Under the pieces are notes generated by a model that saw only the letters and a program-made list of their open reading frames with translations, ran no database searches and had not been told where the DNA came from. A program made the translations under genes and the position numbers. From IMG/VR virus record IMGVR_UViG_3300017761_005873, positions 32,001-96,000 of that record: a DNA stretch of 64,000 bases. One strand, written 5' to 3'. Source of the stretch: a virus. The first letter of the stretch is position 1, and each line of letters starts with the position of its first letter. Positions 50,401-59,561 of the stretch are shown in pieces.

Positions 50401-51333
50401 TAATTTTTCTAAAAACACAACATAATTTACAGATTCCGTATCTAAATTATATCCATCATATCTTATTGGGATTGAAAATTTATACTCTTTAAATGATAAA
50501 TTACCATCTTCATCAATTTCAGGTATTTTAAATACAAATGTATATTTTGGATTTGAATTTTTATTTAAAAAATATCTTTCAAGTTCATTTAATGAATTGT
50601 AAAATTTATTAAACTCAATTTCATTTGGCTTAATAATAAATTTATCACTTATTGTAGTACTTGAAAAAGATTCAAATATATTACCATTTATATCAAAATA
50701 CAAATAAGAAGAATTACCACTAGTAAATCCTGTAAATCCATTAATACTATAATCTATATTTTCATAACTTATTACATAATCTTCATATCTTTCAATAAGA
50801 TTATCAATGTTTTTTGAACCAATTGCATTAAATGTACTTAAATTTAAAAAAAATGGGTTTTCAATTACAGTAATTGGAATTCTAAATGTTGACTTATCAG
50901 TAATATCATCATATAAATAATCTAAGACTGTATTATATGGTGTTCCACTAATATATGTATTTATATATAATCCACCAGGAAATTTATTAATAATATTGTT
51001 TATCGCAACCCTATATTTTTCTTTTAATGAACCATAAACTGCATAATTTGATAAATTTACCCTGTCAAGATTTAATTTTAATCTATCTGTTATTTTTATA
51101 AAATTATTAAGACCATCTAAATCAATAATTTTTAAATCACTAAGAGAAACATTCTTTTGTGTTACAATAATTCTCTTCTCACCTTTTATTGATTGATTTG
51201 TAGCAAATTTAGTTGTTAAATTAATATCACCATTAAATATGGTTGTATTAAAACTATCATTAAAAACCGAAAATGACGATAATGAATATTTGTTAACCGC
51301 CTTACTACCAATGTATTTAACTTTTTTTGCCAC
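47401..51333 (-). CDS. Large baseplate wedge / tail protein
   Basis: GTG start; ELWRRL...KSKGTRNALE motif; two NG..L....DY-type beta repeats near the C-terminus. Confidence 0.7.
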   Translation of the reverse strand: MAKKVKYIGSKAVNKYSLSSFSVFNDSFNTTIFNGDINLTTKFATNQSIKGEKRIIVTQKNVSLSDLKIIDLDGLNNFIKITDRLKLNLDRVNLSNYAVYGSLKEKYRVAINNIINKFPGGLYINTYISGTPYNTVLDYLYDDITDKSTFRIPITVIENPFFLNLSTFNAIGSKNIDNLIERYEDYVISYENIDYSINGFTGFTSGNSSYLYFDINGNIFESFSSTTISDKFIIKPNEIEFNKFYNSLNELERYFLNKNSNPKYTFVFKIPEIDEDGNLSFKEYKFSIPIRYDGYNLDTESVNYVVFLEKLFEVGDLYDEYKSNLILRKFIPKTLLDLDTTTSYKSESIFKIYGKEIDEVKMFIDSLMSINANSYDKVNNIPDTLIKNLARTLGWKARNIINDKDLISSVFANDKGGDTDITASLAEVDIELWRRLVINTAWFMKSKGTRNALETIFSFIGAPDCLINFDEYVYVVDKPISSNAAIITIDNPDAIRLPYDSDGFPINQTFTSTQYFQTNGNEDGGQDFINIYRNLGFDVVKTVDNKKSWVYYESASTHSSTGRNTNYNINDSRLLINTKEVSIGIDIATAIECDVYNFNKEYNYPVTDTGRTIPYPQRESNKFDANELTFSQYVNDVYSKFINVQNRKVSDSAIGSYYPSLTKLYYDYLNESFNDIGVVSNKRRFIELMKYVDNLDDIFDDFVKQFIPATTITRDSGTKIRNTVFTQQKFVYKQGIDDGSEFSTELTVTPDAEIPNNDDINIILIETEFFDNNEDSLSVASISTEVKIGNNGNIDTDFLTSVYQARNIQPTWDGVICDSETPTFDITGATKIELSSLTNNSLYEKSTGTGHTVSFNFTSGTETLTAATTEFYYGVHKYNNSPIILGFDDIPVYTFSATSTAFTTSTTISTLIDDSLLRCDSEYIIKPYFMYSGCSQEEQIFAPQKPYNMYEEFIYSAYNKNYRNSIRFFDYTKFSLSSGSKISSLIPKTNYTPLFRNYNKDVDYYFVSNCNPDEPILTFPNVQETEGLVVESTVISVPEFSKFILQNEPIGDIIVAVNGVTLQEGLEYDIDNTILVPSIRNRSFTLFQRLTSEHGDVLTVSYYKNPNSVNRLIKEDFQYTGSTSITYNITTSKYEINLTYNRIANSDIIVYWNGVLLSENIDYSISAFDTSKIILTFAITDPTVLSVAYFAPYGGGASIDATGPTYQINWSIQNQIPNNVIGNFTHEFYNITNTGLTGTSIYSVDTPYDYINVSYSQIFNWVDLSTPPNSLVLGLSYFYRIASKKYFKTINNINLSSVTYSQTYTIQLPL

Positions 51334-51347
51334 TTATAATGATTTAT

Positions 51348-51372
51348 TATAAATAGTTATTAACTATTTAAT
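51348..51372. promoter_or_regulatory. Back-to-back late promoter motifs
   Basis: TATAAATAGT at 51348-51357 (minus) and ACTATTTAAT at 51363-51372 (plus). Confidence 0.65.
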
Positions 51373-51382
51373 AAAAAGTATC

Positions 51383-53761
51383 ATGGGATTTTTAAATTTT
51401 TTAAAAAATAATAGTGAACATAGAAAATCCATAAGAGTTAATACAAATATTGGTGATAAATTTATCAATGTTAAACTTGGTCAAACTTATGAATCTATGG
51501 ATATCCTATCTTTAAAAATCTTTCAAAAAGATTTGTATAGGTTATTTGATGCCGATTATGGGATTATTGTTGGTAGAGTATTAGGTCAAGGTGTTGGAAT
51601 ACCAAATGCTAAAGTTTCTGTCTTTATACCATTAGATGAGGAAGATATAACTAACCCTACAACCTTAGAAGATATTAAAAGAATAGAAGCAACTGCTTTA
51701 TATCCTTTTCAAACTGTGTTTAATAAAGATGGTAATGGAAAAATTTATAATCTATTACCAAAATATGCAAGAAATAGAAATGTTAATGGCTTTCCCGATA
51801 ATCCCTATGGTATTGGTGCTACACCCAAAACACCTGTTGGAACATTTCCCGAAAAAGATGAAATATTAGTAAACGAAACTGTTGCTTATGTTTATGATAA
51901 GTATTTAAAATTTACAACAGTTACAAATGAAAGTGGTGATTATATCTTAACAGTACCATCAAATAAAACATATACAATAAATATGTCTTGTGATATTACT
52001 GATATTGGTAGATTTTCAACTTGTGCTGCATTATTAAAGTTAGATGGTTATCCTGATAACTTTTTTTCTGAAGATGGAAGAACATTAAATGAAGAAATAG
52101 AATTAGAAAGATTACCAAACATTGACATACAAAATAATTCAATTACTGTTAAACCTTTATGGAGTCAAAATAATGATAATTCTAATGTTGGTATTAATAG
52201 ATTAGATTTTAATTTGATTAAAAAAATTAAACCATTTGTTACCATTATTGGTAATCAATTTACACAAAATTCAAGAGCATGGTGGGGTGATAAAATTCAA
52301 TTTAGATTTGTAATTGGTATAAGAGCATTATGTTTTGATATATTTGGTGTAAGAATACAAATAGATTATGTAGTACCATTTTTTGCTATTAGATTATTTG
52401 TAAGAAAAATGTGTACATTAAATGGTGGAAAAGGTGATTATGAACCTTTTGAAATGAAATTTGTGGATGCAGGTACATCATGTACTAGAAGTGAAGCAGA
52501 ACAAGTAATTACAGAAGGTATGACTGATGACATTTTTATTAATTCACATGTAAAAGGTGATTTAGATATTAAACTTTTTAATATAAAAAATACAGTTCCT
52601 GAATCTGATGCAGAATTATTAAATCAAGGTGATACTTTTACTATTAATAGTTACTCATACGATGAAGATATTGAATTATATGATAAAAATAAATATATTT
52701 ATTATCAAAATCAAGGTAGTTTTTTATTTTTAATAAATTGCAACAGAAATAAAGTTATTACAAATGAAAATGGAGATTTAATACCTGTTGATGATAATTC
52801 AGAAAAAGGTGTATTCACATCTTTTAGAGGATATTTTTATGTTACTAATTTATCGGATATTGATAATCCACCAACTAGATATAGAGTTGGTAAAGTAAGA
52901 TTAAAAGTACCTCAATTTTTTGATTATGGAGACCTGCCATTCTTTTACCTAACTGATACTACTAAAAAATGGATTTGGAAACATTTTAAATTTGACTTTG
53001 GTAAAATTTATAGCGTTGCTCAAAAAACTATGGTAAGAAAATCAGAATTTGATTCAAATACGGAAGGAGAAGATGATTATACTGTTGGAAAAGATGAAGA
53101 TAAAGGATTTGCTAGTCAAACAAATTTATTACTTTTTGGTTCTAGAGAAGAAGATGTAAATATAAATAATAGACTTCAAAATTATAACACAGGTTATACA
53201 AATTATGTAAACTCTTATAATCATATAGTTAATTTGGGTATTGATATTGGTGATAATTTACCTACTACATTTAATGACCCATATATTGCACCAGGAAGTA
53301 ATACAATAACAACAGGTACTACAGGAAGTGGAGTAGTAAATCCACCACAAACAGGAAGTGGTAATTTTAGATTCTCAATTAATGGAGATTCAATTGATAA
53401 CCCAATTACACATACATTTAATATGATTGTTATTGGTGGTGCTGGTAGTGTTGATGTATATGACCCTGAAATTAATAATATTTTAATAGAAAATACACCA
53501 GATGTTAGCGATAGTAGTTTTAGTAGTTTTTCTTATTATTTTATAGATATTAGTACAGGAAATCCAACTAGTCAACCAATACCATTATCAAATCCAACAG
53601 TTGTAAATAATAATGGGATATATATAATTACAAAATCATCAATTCAAAGTTATACTTTTATCACTTTAGATGGACCAGGTGGTGTTTTTTCATATAATTT
53701 AGTTTTTAGAAATAATGCAACAAATCAAACACAAAGTACGTTAGTAAAATTCAGATTATAA
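51383..53761 (+). CDS. Virion structural protein with prealbumin/CarboxypepD_reg-like N-terminal beta-sandwich
   Basis: GIIVGRV..GIPNAKVSV...TNESGDYIL; late motif upstream. Confidence 0.6.
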   Translation: MGFLNFLKNNSEHRKSIRVNTNIGDKFINVKLGQTYESMDILSLKIFQKDLYRLFDADYGIIVGRVLGQGVGIPNAKVSVFIPLDEEDITNPTTLEDIKRIEATALYPFQTVFNKDGNGKIYNLLPKYARNRNVNGFPDNPYGIGATPKTPVGTFPEKDEILVNETVAYVYDKYLKFTTVTNESGDYILTVPSNKTYTINMSCDITDIGRFSTCAALLKLDGYPDNFFSEDGRTLNEEIELERLPNIDIQNNSITVKPLWSQNNDNSNVGINRLDFNLIKKIKPFVTIIGNQFTQNSRAWWGDKIQFRFVIGIRALCFDIFGVRIQIDYVVPFFAIRLFVRKMCTLNGGKGDYEPFEMKFVDAGTSCTRSEAEQVITEGMTDDIFINSHVKGDLDIKLFNIKNTVPESDAELLNQGDTFTINSYSYDEDIELYDKNKYIYYQNQGSFLFLINCNRNKVITNENGDLIPVDDNSEKGVFTSFRGYFYVTNLSDIDNPPTRYRVGKVRLKVPQFFDYGDLPFFYLTDTTKKWIWKHFKFDFGKIYSVAQKTMVRKSEFDSNTEGEDDYTVGKDEDKGFASQTNLLLFGSREEDVNINNRLQNYNTGYTNYVNSYNHIVNLGIDIGDNLPTTFNDPYIAPGSNTITTGTTGSGVVNPPQTGSGNFRFSINGDSIDNPITHTFNMIVIGGAGSVDVYDPEINNILIENTPDVSDSSFSSFSYYFIDISTGNPTSQPIPLSNPTVVNNNGIYIITKSSIQSYTFITLDGPGGVFSYNLVFRNNATNQTQSTLVKFRL

Positions 53762-53778
53762 AATAATAATTTAAAAAT

Positions 53779-54255
53779 ATGGCAAAAGTTTTAGGATTCG
53801 CAATAAAAAATCAATGGATAAATTTTACTTTATACTTTCCAAATTTTATGTATAAAACCAAAAGAAATCCTGCTAACAATAAATTTTGTGATTGGATAAT
53901 ACCTTTAAATGGATACAGTAGATTAAATTCAAATTTACAACCAATAGGTGGAAAACAAAAAGATACACAATTTTTGGGTGATGGAAAACATTATCAAACA
54001 GATTTTGTTGAAATTGATAAAGATGATTTTGTAAATGTTTTTTATACTGAATTATTTACATTAAATAATATACCATACCTTCAATATGGTATGAGAATAG
54101 ATAAAAGTAGACTAAAAGGCACTTACAAAAGAGATAATACAACAATCAATACAAACCAAGAATCAAGTAATAACGACCAAACACAATATTATTTTTTAAA
54201 GGGAGTAATGAATAATGATATATTACAATATTTAGTAGATTCAAAAATAATTTAA
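53779..54255 (+). CDS. Hypothetical structural protein
   Basis: 158 aa, in the late operon. Confidence 0.65.
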   Translation: MAKVLGFAIKNQWINFTLYFPNFMYKTKRNPANNKFCDWIIPLNGYSRLNSNLQPIGGKQKDTQFLGDGKHYQTDFVEIDKDDFVNVFYTELFTLNNIPYLQYGMRIDKSRLKGTYKRDNTTINTNQESSNNDQTQYYFLKGVMNNDILQYLVDSKII

Positions 54256-55658
54256 TGGAACAGCTTAAACCCGATAAAAGATATTTACTTGCAACTCAAG
54301 AAGATATAAATCTTAATATATCATTAAAAACTAATTTTAATGATTTAAATGAATTTAATAATAGTAAACTCATATCTTTAACGGATTTATTTAATGAAGA
54401 AAGAAATAAATCAACAAAATATAGAATTTATGGAAATATTAATTATCTTTCATTTTTACGAAATAAAAAAACAACACAAACAGAAATAACTGATTTTTTC
54501 AATGATGATTATAAACAAACAGGATTTAATTTTGAAGATTTTTTTGATTTAAAAATTTTTAAACAAGTAATAAATCAATATACATTAACCAATGCCGATA
54601 CCACATATGTGGAATCATTATCACCAATCACAGATGATTCAAGTTATAAATTAAGTTTTTTTGGTTTTTCTAGAAATATTTATAATGAAAAAAATTATAG
54701 TTTTAAATTCGACACTTTGAATTTAAATCCTTATGAATATTATAAAATAAATAATGAGTTATTTTATAATAATTATGTTTATTTAGGTTTTATGCCTAAA
54801 AATGTTTCCACATATGAAAAAATTTATACAACTAATGATTACATAAATACAGTAAATATAAATACCGAATTAGGATATTCAGCAATAACATTTACAAATC
54901 AACAAATAGATAATATTATTTTTGGAAGTAATTTTAATACAACAAGTTTATTTAATGAATTTCTTTCAACAAAAACACATAATTTTTTTAAAACTTATGA
55001 TATTAAAATTACAGACTCTAATATTAATTTAAATAAACGATTTATTAGAAATTATCTTGATATTGGAAATAGTGATTATACTCAAAAAATTGTTTTAGAT
55101 TTAAGTCAATCGGCATTAACAGGAAATTTAATTTATTTTGATAGGGAAAATTATTTATTTAATGAAATTCTTAAAAAAGAATATTTAATTAAATTACAAT
55201 TAATTGATACATATCAAGGTGGAAATTATACACAATACAGAGATTTGAATTATAGTTCATATACATACACGGAACAAAATAATACAATAACAATTGATTT
55301 TTATTTTAAATTTAATCCATTTTATAAAATTGAATTAAAGAAATACGAAACCACAAATGAAGAAATATTTGACAATGTAAGAACAAATACAGTACCACCT
55401 GATAATGCAATAAAAATTAGTGGTGGAACTATTTGGAGAGATTTAATGCAATACGGAAATCTTGAAAATTACGACTTTCCATTTTTAAATGATACACATT
55501 ATTATTTTAATGATATTAGATTTTATTTAAAACCTGATTTATCAGATAAAAATACTGCTACATTAGTAAAAGAATTTGGTATTGGTTTTCAAGATAATAA
55601 TTTTATCTTCAACAAGAATAATTTAAAATTAACTCCTGAACAAAAGAAAATATGTTAA
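54255..55658 (+). CDS. Hypothetical structural protein
   Basis: 467 aa; EERNKSTKYRIYG and WRDL..YG...PFLN..HY; coupled to neighbours. Confidence 0.7.
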   Translation: MEQLKPDKRYLLATQEDINLNISLKTNFNDLNEFNNSKLISLTDLFNEERNKSTKYRIYGNINYLSFLRNKKTTQTEITDFFNDDYKQTGFNFEDFFDLKIFKQVINQYTLTNADTTYVESLSPITDDSSYKLSFFGFSRNIYNEKNYSFKFDTLNLNPYEYYKINNELFYNNYVYLGFMPKNVSTYEKIYTTNDYINTVNINTELGYSAITFTNQQIDNIIFGSNFNTTSLFNEFLSTKTHNFFKTYDIKITDSNINLNKRFIRNYLDIGNSDYTQKIVLDLSQSALTGNLIYFDRENYLFNEILKKEYLIKLQLIDTYQGGNYTQYRDLNYSSYTYTEQNNTITIDFYFKFNPFYKIELKKYETTNEEIFDNVRTNTVPPDNAIKISGGTIWRDLMQYGNLENYDFPFLNDTHYYFNDIRFYLKPDLSDKNTATLVKEFGIGFQDNNFIFNKNNLKLTPEQKKIC

Positions 55659-56431
55659 CTTTAGTAACTAATTATGGAATAAGTGGATTAACTTTAGACA
55701 TTGGAATAAATCAAAATCATGATTTTACACCCAAAAGTGAATCAATTAAAAAATATGTTGATTTAGAAGTTAATAGAGTATTGGAAGAATCTAGAAATTC
55801 TGAAAAAGATTTAGAATTCATATCTTTCAAACCAAGTACAAGTTTTTATTTGCAAAGCCATTTTGAAAATTCACCCTCATATAAACCTGTTGGATTTACA
55901 AATTTTTATTTGACAGGCACTAATGTTTATACACAAGAAAGTTATTATATTTTTGATTTATACGACTCTTTTAATGATAATAATCAAAATTTAATATCAA
56001 GAAATTTTGTTAAAATGTCAAAAATAGTAAAAGATACAACAACATATATATTCTTTGATGTTTCAAAAAAAATGGTAAAAGAATTTGTAAATATTTATAT
56101 TCCATCGTATTTTATTAATCAAGGAATTGATATTTTTTATTTAAAGATTAACTTTTTTAATGCAATAAATGGTAAATTCAGATTTTTTAAATGTTCAGAA
56201 ACTGATAGAAATGCATCTCAAAATTATTTAATATTACAAATAGATAAAATAACAAAAACATATAACATTATTAATGGTGATATTATAAGTTTTCAACCAA
56301 ATGTATATAAAATTTCAGAAGTTGCAGAACCACAAAAAGAACAAGAATTACTTGACCAAAATAAAATAAAAAAGACAAAACCTATAGTTAAACCAAACAA
56401 AATAATAACATCAAAAGGCAAATTTATATGA
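55652..56431 (+). CDS. Hypothetical structural protein
   Basis: 259 aa; DLYDS and FFNA..G motifs; coupled to neighbours. Confidence 0.7.
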   Translation: MLTLVTNYGISGLTLDIGINQNHDFTPKSESIKKYVDLEVNRVLEESRNSEKDLEFISFKPSTSFYLQSHFENSPSYKPVGFTNFYLTGTNVYTQESYYIFDLYDSFNDNNQNLISRNFVKMSKIVKDTTTYIFFDVSKKMVKEFVNIYIPSYFINQGIDIFYLKINFFNAINGKFRFFKCSETDRNASQNYLILQIDKITKTYNIINGDIISFQPNVYKISEVAEPQKEQELLDQNKIKKTKPIVKPNKIITSKGKFI

Positions 56432-56628
56432 TAGATTTAATAACAAAATTTTTTAATTTTTTACCACTATATTTATTAATGTGTTCAATTTTTTATCACA
56501 TTTATATCTTTTACATTTTTGTAAAATGTATTAGAAAACAAGAAAAATTATCAGAAAACTTAACAAAAAAAGATTCATTTTATTTTTTCTTATCAATAAG
56601 CTATATATTTACCTATATTTTCCTATGA
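56428..56628 (+). CDS. Small two-TM membrane protein
   Basis: 66 aa, hydrophobic, ATGA overlaps on both sides. Confidence 0.6.
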   Translation: MIDLITKFFNFLPLYLLMCSIFYHIYIFYIFVKCIRKQEKLSENLTKKDSFYFFLSISYIFTYIFL

Positions 56629-57113
56629 AACTAAAAAAGATAATTGAAGAATTAAAAAACTACATCGTTCAAATTAATTTTGATGATTTTGTTGATGTAT
56701 ATATGTCCTTTCCATCTGATTGGGATTTAACACCATTTTTTGATGAAAATGAAGTTTATATTTTAGAAAACCCTAAAAAGTCTTTTGAAGATGAAGGTAG
56801 ACAATATAATATATATCAATTTTTATTAAAATCAATTGATTATACTGATGATTTATTTAACATCTTAGTTGAAATTAAAAATACTTTTTTGGAAAGAGAA
56901 AAAATGATTTTTGAATTAAATCAAAAACTTGAACAAGAAAAAAAGCAACTTGAAGATAGTATTAATAAAAAAATCAATTCAATTCGTGGTGATAATAAAA
57001 AAACAAAAAAACAAAAATCAGAAATTGTAGAAAAAATTGAAGAAGTTGAAGAACTTAAAAACATAGATACTACATTATCTATTAGTGAAATTATGACTAA
57101 TTATAATAAATAA
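56625..57113 (+). CDS. Hypothetical coiled-coil protein
   Basis: 162-aa ORF. Confidence 0.7.
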   Translation: MKLKKIIEELKNYIVQINFDDFVDVYMSFPSDWDLTPFFDENEVYILENPKKSFEDEGRQYNIYQFLLKSIDYTDDLFNILVEIKNTFLEREKMIFELNQKLEQEKKQLEDSINKKINSIRGDNKKTKKQKSEIVEKIEEVEELKNIDTTLSISEIMTNYNK

Positions 57114-57119
57114 GTCATA

Positions 57120-58244
57120 ATGATTTTTAAAGATTCACAAGAGCAATTAAAATTATACAAACAAGTCAGAGTATCAATTGGAGAACCTGTTCGTGATTAT
57201 AACGATTGGGTTACTGATGATGTTATTGATACTTATGTTGAAATGGCTTTAGAAGATTATATTTCTTATCTAGATAATTGGTTAATTGAACAACAATGGT
57301 CAACTTTAGAAGGTTTAAGTATTAGTTCAGCCAACTTTGTTGAAGCATTTACAACTAAAACACTTGATTTTGAAAAATCATTTGCTGTGGCATATGGAAA
57401 ACAAACAGGTATTTCTACATTAGGTGAATGGGAACTTAAAAGTGATTATGTAATCATTTCTGCTAATACACAAGTTTATACAATCCCTTCAGGAAGAGAA
57501 ATCAATGAAGTTCTTTGGTATACACCCTCACAAATTGCAACCAACATTCTTGACCCTATCGGTATGGGTGGTGGTTGGTTTGGTGCGCCAACAGGATGGT
57601 ATTATGGTAATGTACCTGCACAAGCAATGCTACCATCATTTTCATTGATTCTATCTACTATGGATAGATTACAAAAGAAAAAAATTATTCAAAGTGAATT
57701 AACATATAGGATAGCACCAGGTCCAAATAAAACAAAAAAACTTTTCTTATACCCAATTCCAGGAAGTAGAGAAGAAATAGTTGGTAAATATGGTAAAACA
57801 CTAGAAGGTTCTAAAGTATGGTATTTTTATTATGATACTTTTGATAATGACCAAAGAGATAAATGTTTAGAAGAAAATGAGGATATTGTAAAGTTACCTT
57901 CTGATGTTCCAATTAGACTTAAAAAATGGGATAACTTAAATGCACCTTCTAAAAATAAAGTAAGAAGATTAACAGTAGCATATATTAAAAAATTTCTTGC
58001 AACTATTTGGGCAAAAACATCAGGTAAGATTAAATTACCTCAAAGAGATGAATTTCTTGAAATAGATTATAAATTTTTTGCAGATGATTATGATAAAGAA
58101 AAAGAAGCGATATTTAAAGAATTACAAGAACAATTAGTAGATTTTACATATCAAAAAATTATGGAAAAGAAAGCATCAATTGGTGAGAATTTAAATAAAG
58201 TATTACAATACACACCACCTCAAACAGGAATAATTTGGAAATAA
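57120..58244 (+). CDS. Neck / head-tail adaptor protein (gp13-like)
   Basis: VRVSIGEP, QVYTIP.GREINEVLW; late motif ACTAATTATA at 57096-57105; close to the capsid gene. Confidence 0.65.
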   Translation: MIFKDSQEQLKLYKQVRVSIGEPVRDYNDWVTDDVIDTYVEMALEDYISYLDNWLIEQQWSTLEGLSISSANFVEAFTTKTLDFEKSFAVAYGKQTGISTLGEWELKSDYVIISANTQVYTIPSGREINEVLWYTPSQIATNILDPIGMGGGWFGAPTGWYYGNVPAQAMLPSFSLILSTMDRLQKKKIIQSELTYRIAPGPNKTKKLFLYPIPGSREEIVGKYGKTLEGSKVWYFYYDTFDNDQRDKCLEENEDIVKLPSDVPIRLKKWDNLNAPSKNKVRRLTVAYIKKFLATIWAKTSGKIKLPQRDEFLEIDYKFFADDYDKEKEAIFKELQEQLVDFTYQKIMEKKASIGENLNKVLQYTPPQTGIIWK

Positions 58245-58739
58245 ATGGCAAATACACCTTATTATAATCAAAAAGATTTTCAAATTGACCTTAGAATGTC
58301 AAAAGACTATATTGATGAAGATATGGGTTTATCTATCTATTTATTTTCAATTAATATTACTGCATCTAAAAAAGATATTTACGGAGAAAGTCTACCAACA
58401 GAAAAGGAATTTATTGAACCTGTTAAATTAAGTGCATTTGTTTCTTTACCTAAATCTGAAATCTCTAAATTAGGTGGAACAATGCTTGTTAATGAAACAA
58501 TGGAAACTGTTAAATTTGGAATATATTTAGACGAATTAGAGAAGGTTAACTCAGACCCTAAAAGAGGTGATTATATATTATATGATGATAATCAAACAAA
58601 AAGATTTTTTGAAATTAATACAATAACTAATATAACAAGTAGTAATCAAATGTTTAACTACAGTCCTTTCTTTAAAGAAATTACTGCAACGTATGTTAAA
58701 GATTATAGATTACCACAAAACTTAAAAAATTATATTTAA
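58245..58739 (+). CDS. Neck / head-closure protein (gp14-like)
   Basis: DIYGES, PKRGDYI, FFEI pattern; follows the gp13-like gene. Confidence 0.6.
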   Translation: MANTPYYNQKDFQIDLRMSKDYIDEDMGLSIYLFSINITASKKDIYGESLPTEKEFIEPVKLSAFVSLPKSEISKLGGTMLVNETMETVKFGIYLDELEKVNSDPKRGDYILYDDNQTKRFFEINTITNITSSNQMFNYSPFFKEITATYVKDYRLPQNLKNYI

Positions 58740-58740
58740 T

Positions 58741-58812
58741 ATGGAAAATAAAGGATGTGGTTGTGGTGGAACTAAAAAACCATCTGTTATAATTAAAAAA
58801 CCTAGAAAATAA
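58741..58812 (+). CDS. 23-aa Cys/Gly/Lys micropeptide MENKGCGCGGTKKPSVIIKKPRK (not in the ORF track)
   Basis: ATG 1 nt after the previous stop; its TAA overlaps the next ATG (TAATG); fills the gap exactly. Confidence 0.7.
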   Translation: MENKGCGCGGTKKPSVIIKKPRK

Positions 58813-59105
58813 TGGAACATTTATTTTTATCAATTATAATTGGTTTTTGTTCAGCACAAATAACCAAGGTATTAGATTTTTCTTTTAATGAAGGAAATAT
58901 ATTGGATTGGTATTATATATTTTTATTAAAATATGTAGAAACAATATCAAAAAAATTAGCAAAACCTCTTGGAACTTGCATTAAATGTTTTTCAGTATGG
59001 GTTTGTTTTTTTATCTTTTTAATCTTTGCTATTTTTACAACAATCCCTTGGTATTATGTATTATTGTCTCAAGGAATTAGTGCTTTTATAATCTATAGAG
59101 AATAA
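58812..59105 (+). CDS. Membrane protein with CxxC (DUF1360-like)
   Basis: Hydrophobic segments flanking KPLGTCIKCFSVW. Confidence 0.6.
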   Translation: MEHLFLSIIIGFCSAQITKVLDFSFNEGNILDWYYIFLLKYVETISKKLAKPLGTCIKCFSVWVCFFIFLIFAIFTTIPWYYVLLSQGISAFIIYRE

Positions 59106-59491
59106 ATATCTCTTGCATCATACTTCTTTACATACATCTTAACTAATCTACCTGCAATAGCATTAGCAGTATCTTCTATAACTCCTCCAATATCAGGTAT
59201 TTCACCTGTAATTTTTCCTTGTAAATCTTGTTTCTGATGAACTAATTCATGTGCAATAGTTCTAAGTATATCAGCAATTTGCCTTCCTTCAGCAATAGTA
59301 TATACACATTTATCTGATGGATTATAACCACCTGTGGTTATTTGTAATTTATTATTTTTTGATAATAAAAATACCCTTATATCGTTTGTAATATCTAATT
59401 CATCTCTACAAAATTTTAAAAATTTTGATATGTGTTTAAATTTTGTAGGATTTAAATTATCTATTTTTTTAGAATAAGAAACCTTAATCAT
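59093..59491 (-). CDS. HExxH zinc metallopeptidase-like protein
   Basis: ILRTIAHELVHQKQ plus downstream E..AN..AG; own late motif at 59498-59507. Confidence 0.7.
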   Translation of the reverse strand: MIKVSYSKKIDNLNPTKFKHISKFLKFCRDELDITNDIRVFLLSKNNKLQITTGGYNPSDKCVYTIAEGRQIADILRTIAHELVHQKQDLQGKITGEIPDIGGVIEDTANAIAGRLVKMYVKKYDARDIYSL

Positions 59492-59511
59492 TTTTATTAT
59501 AAATAGTAAAT

Positions 59512-59540
59512 AAAAAAAGGGTGGAATAAATCCACCCTTT
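59512..59540 (-). terminator. Intrinsic terminator downstream of the major capsid gene
   Basis: AAAGGGTGGA / TCCACCCTTT stem, 5-nt loop, U-tract on minus. Confidence 0.85.
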
Positions 59541-59561
59541 AATTTTTTATTCTAAATCAAA

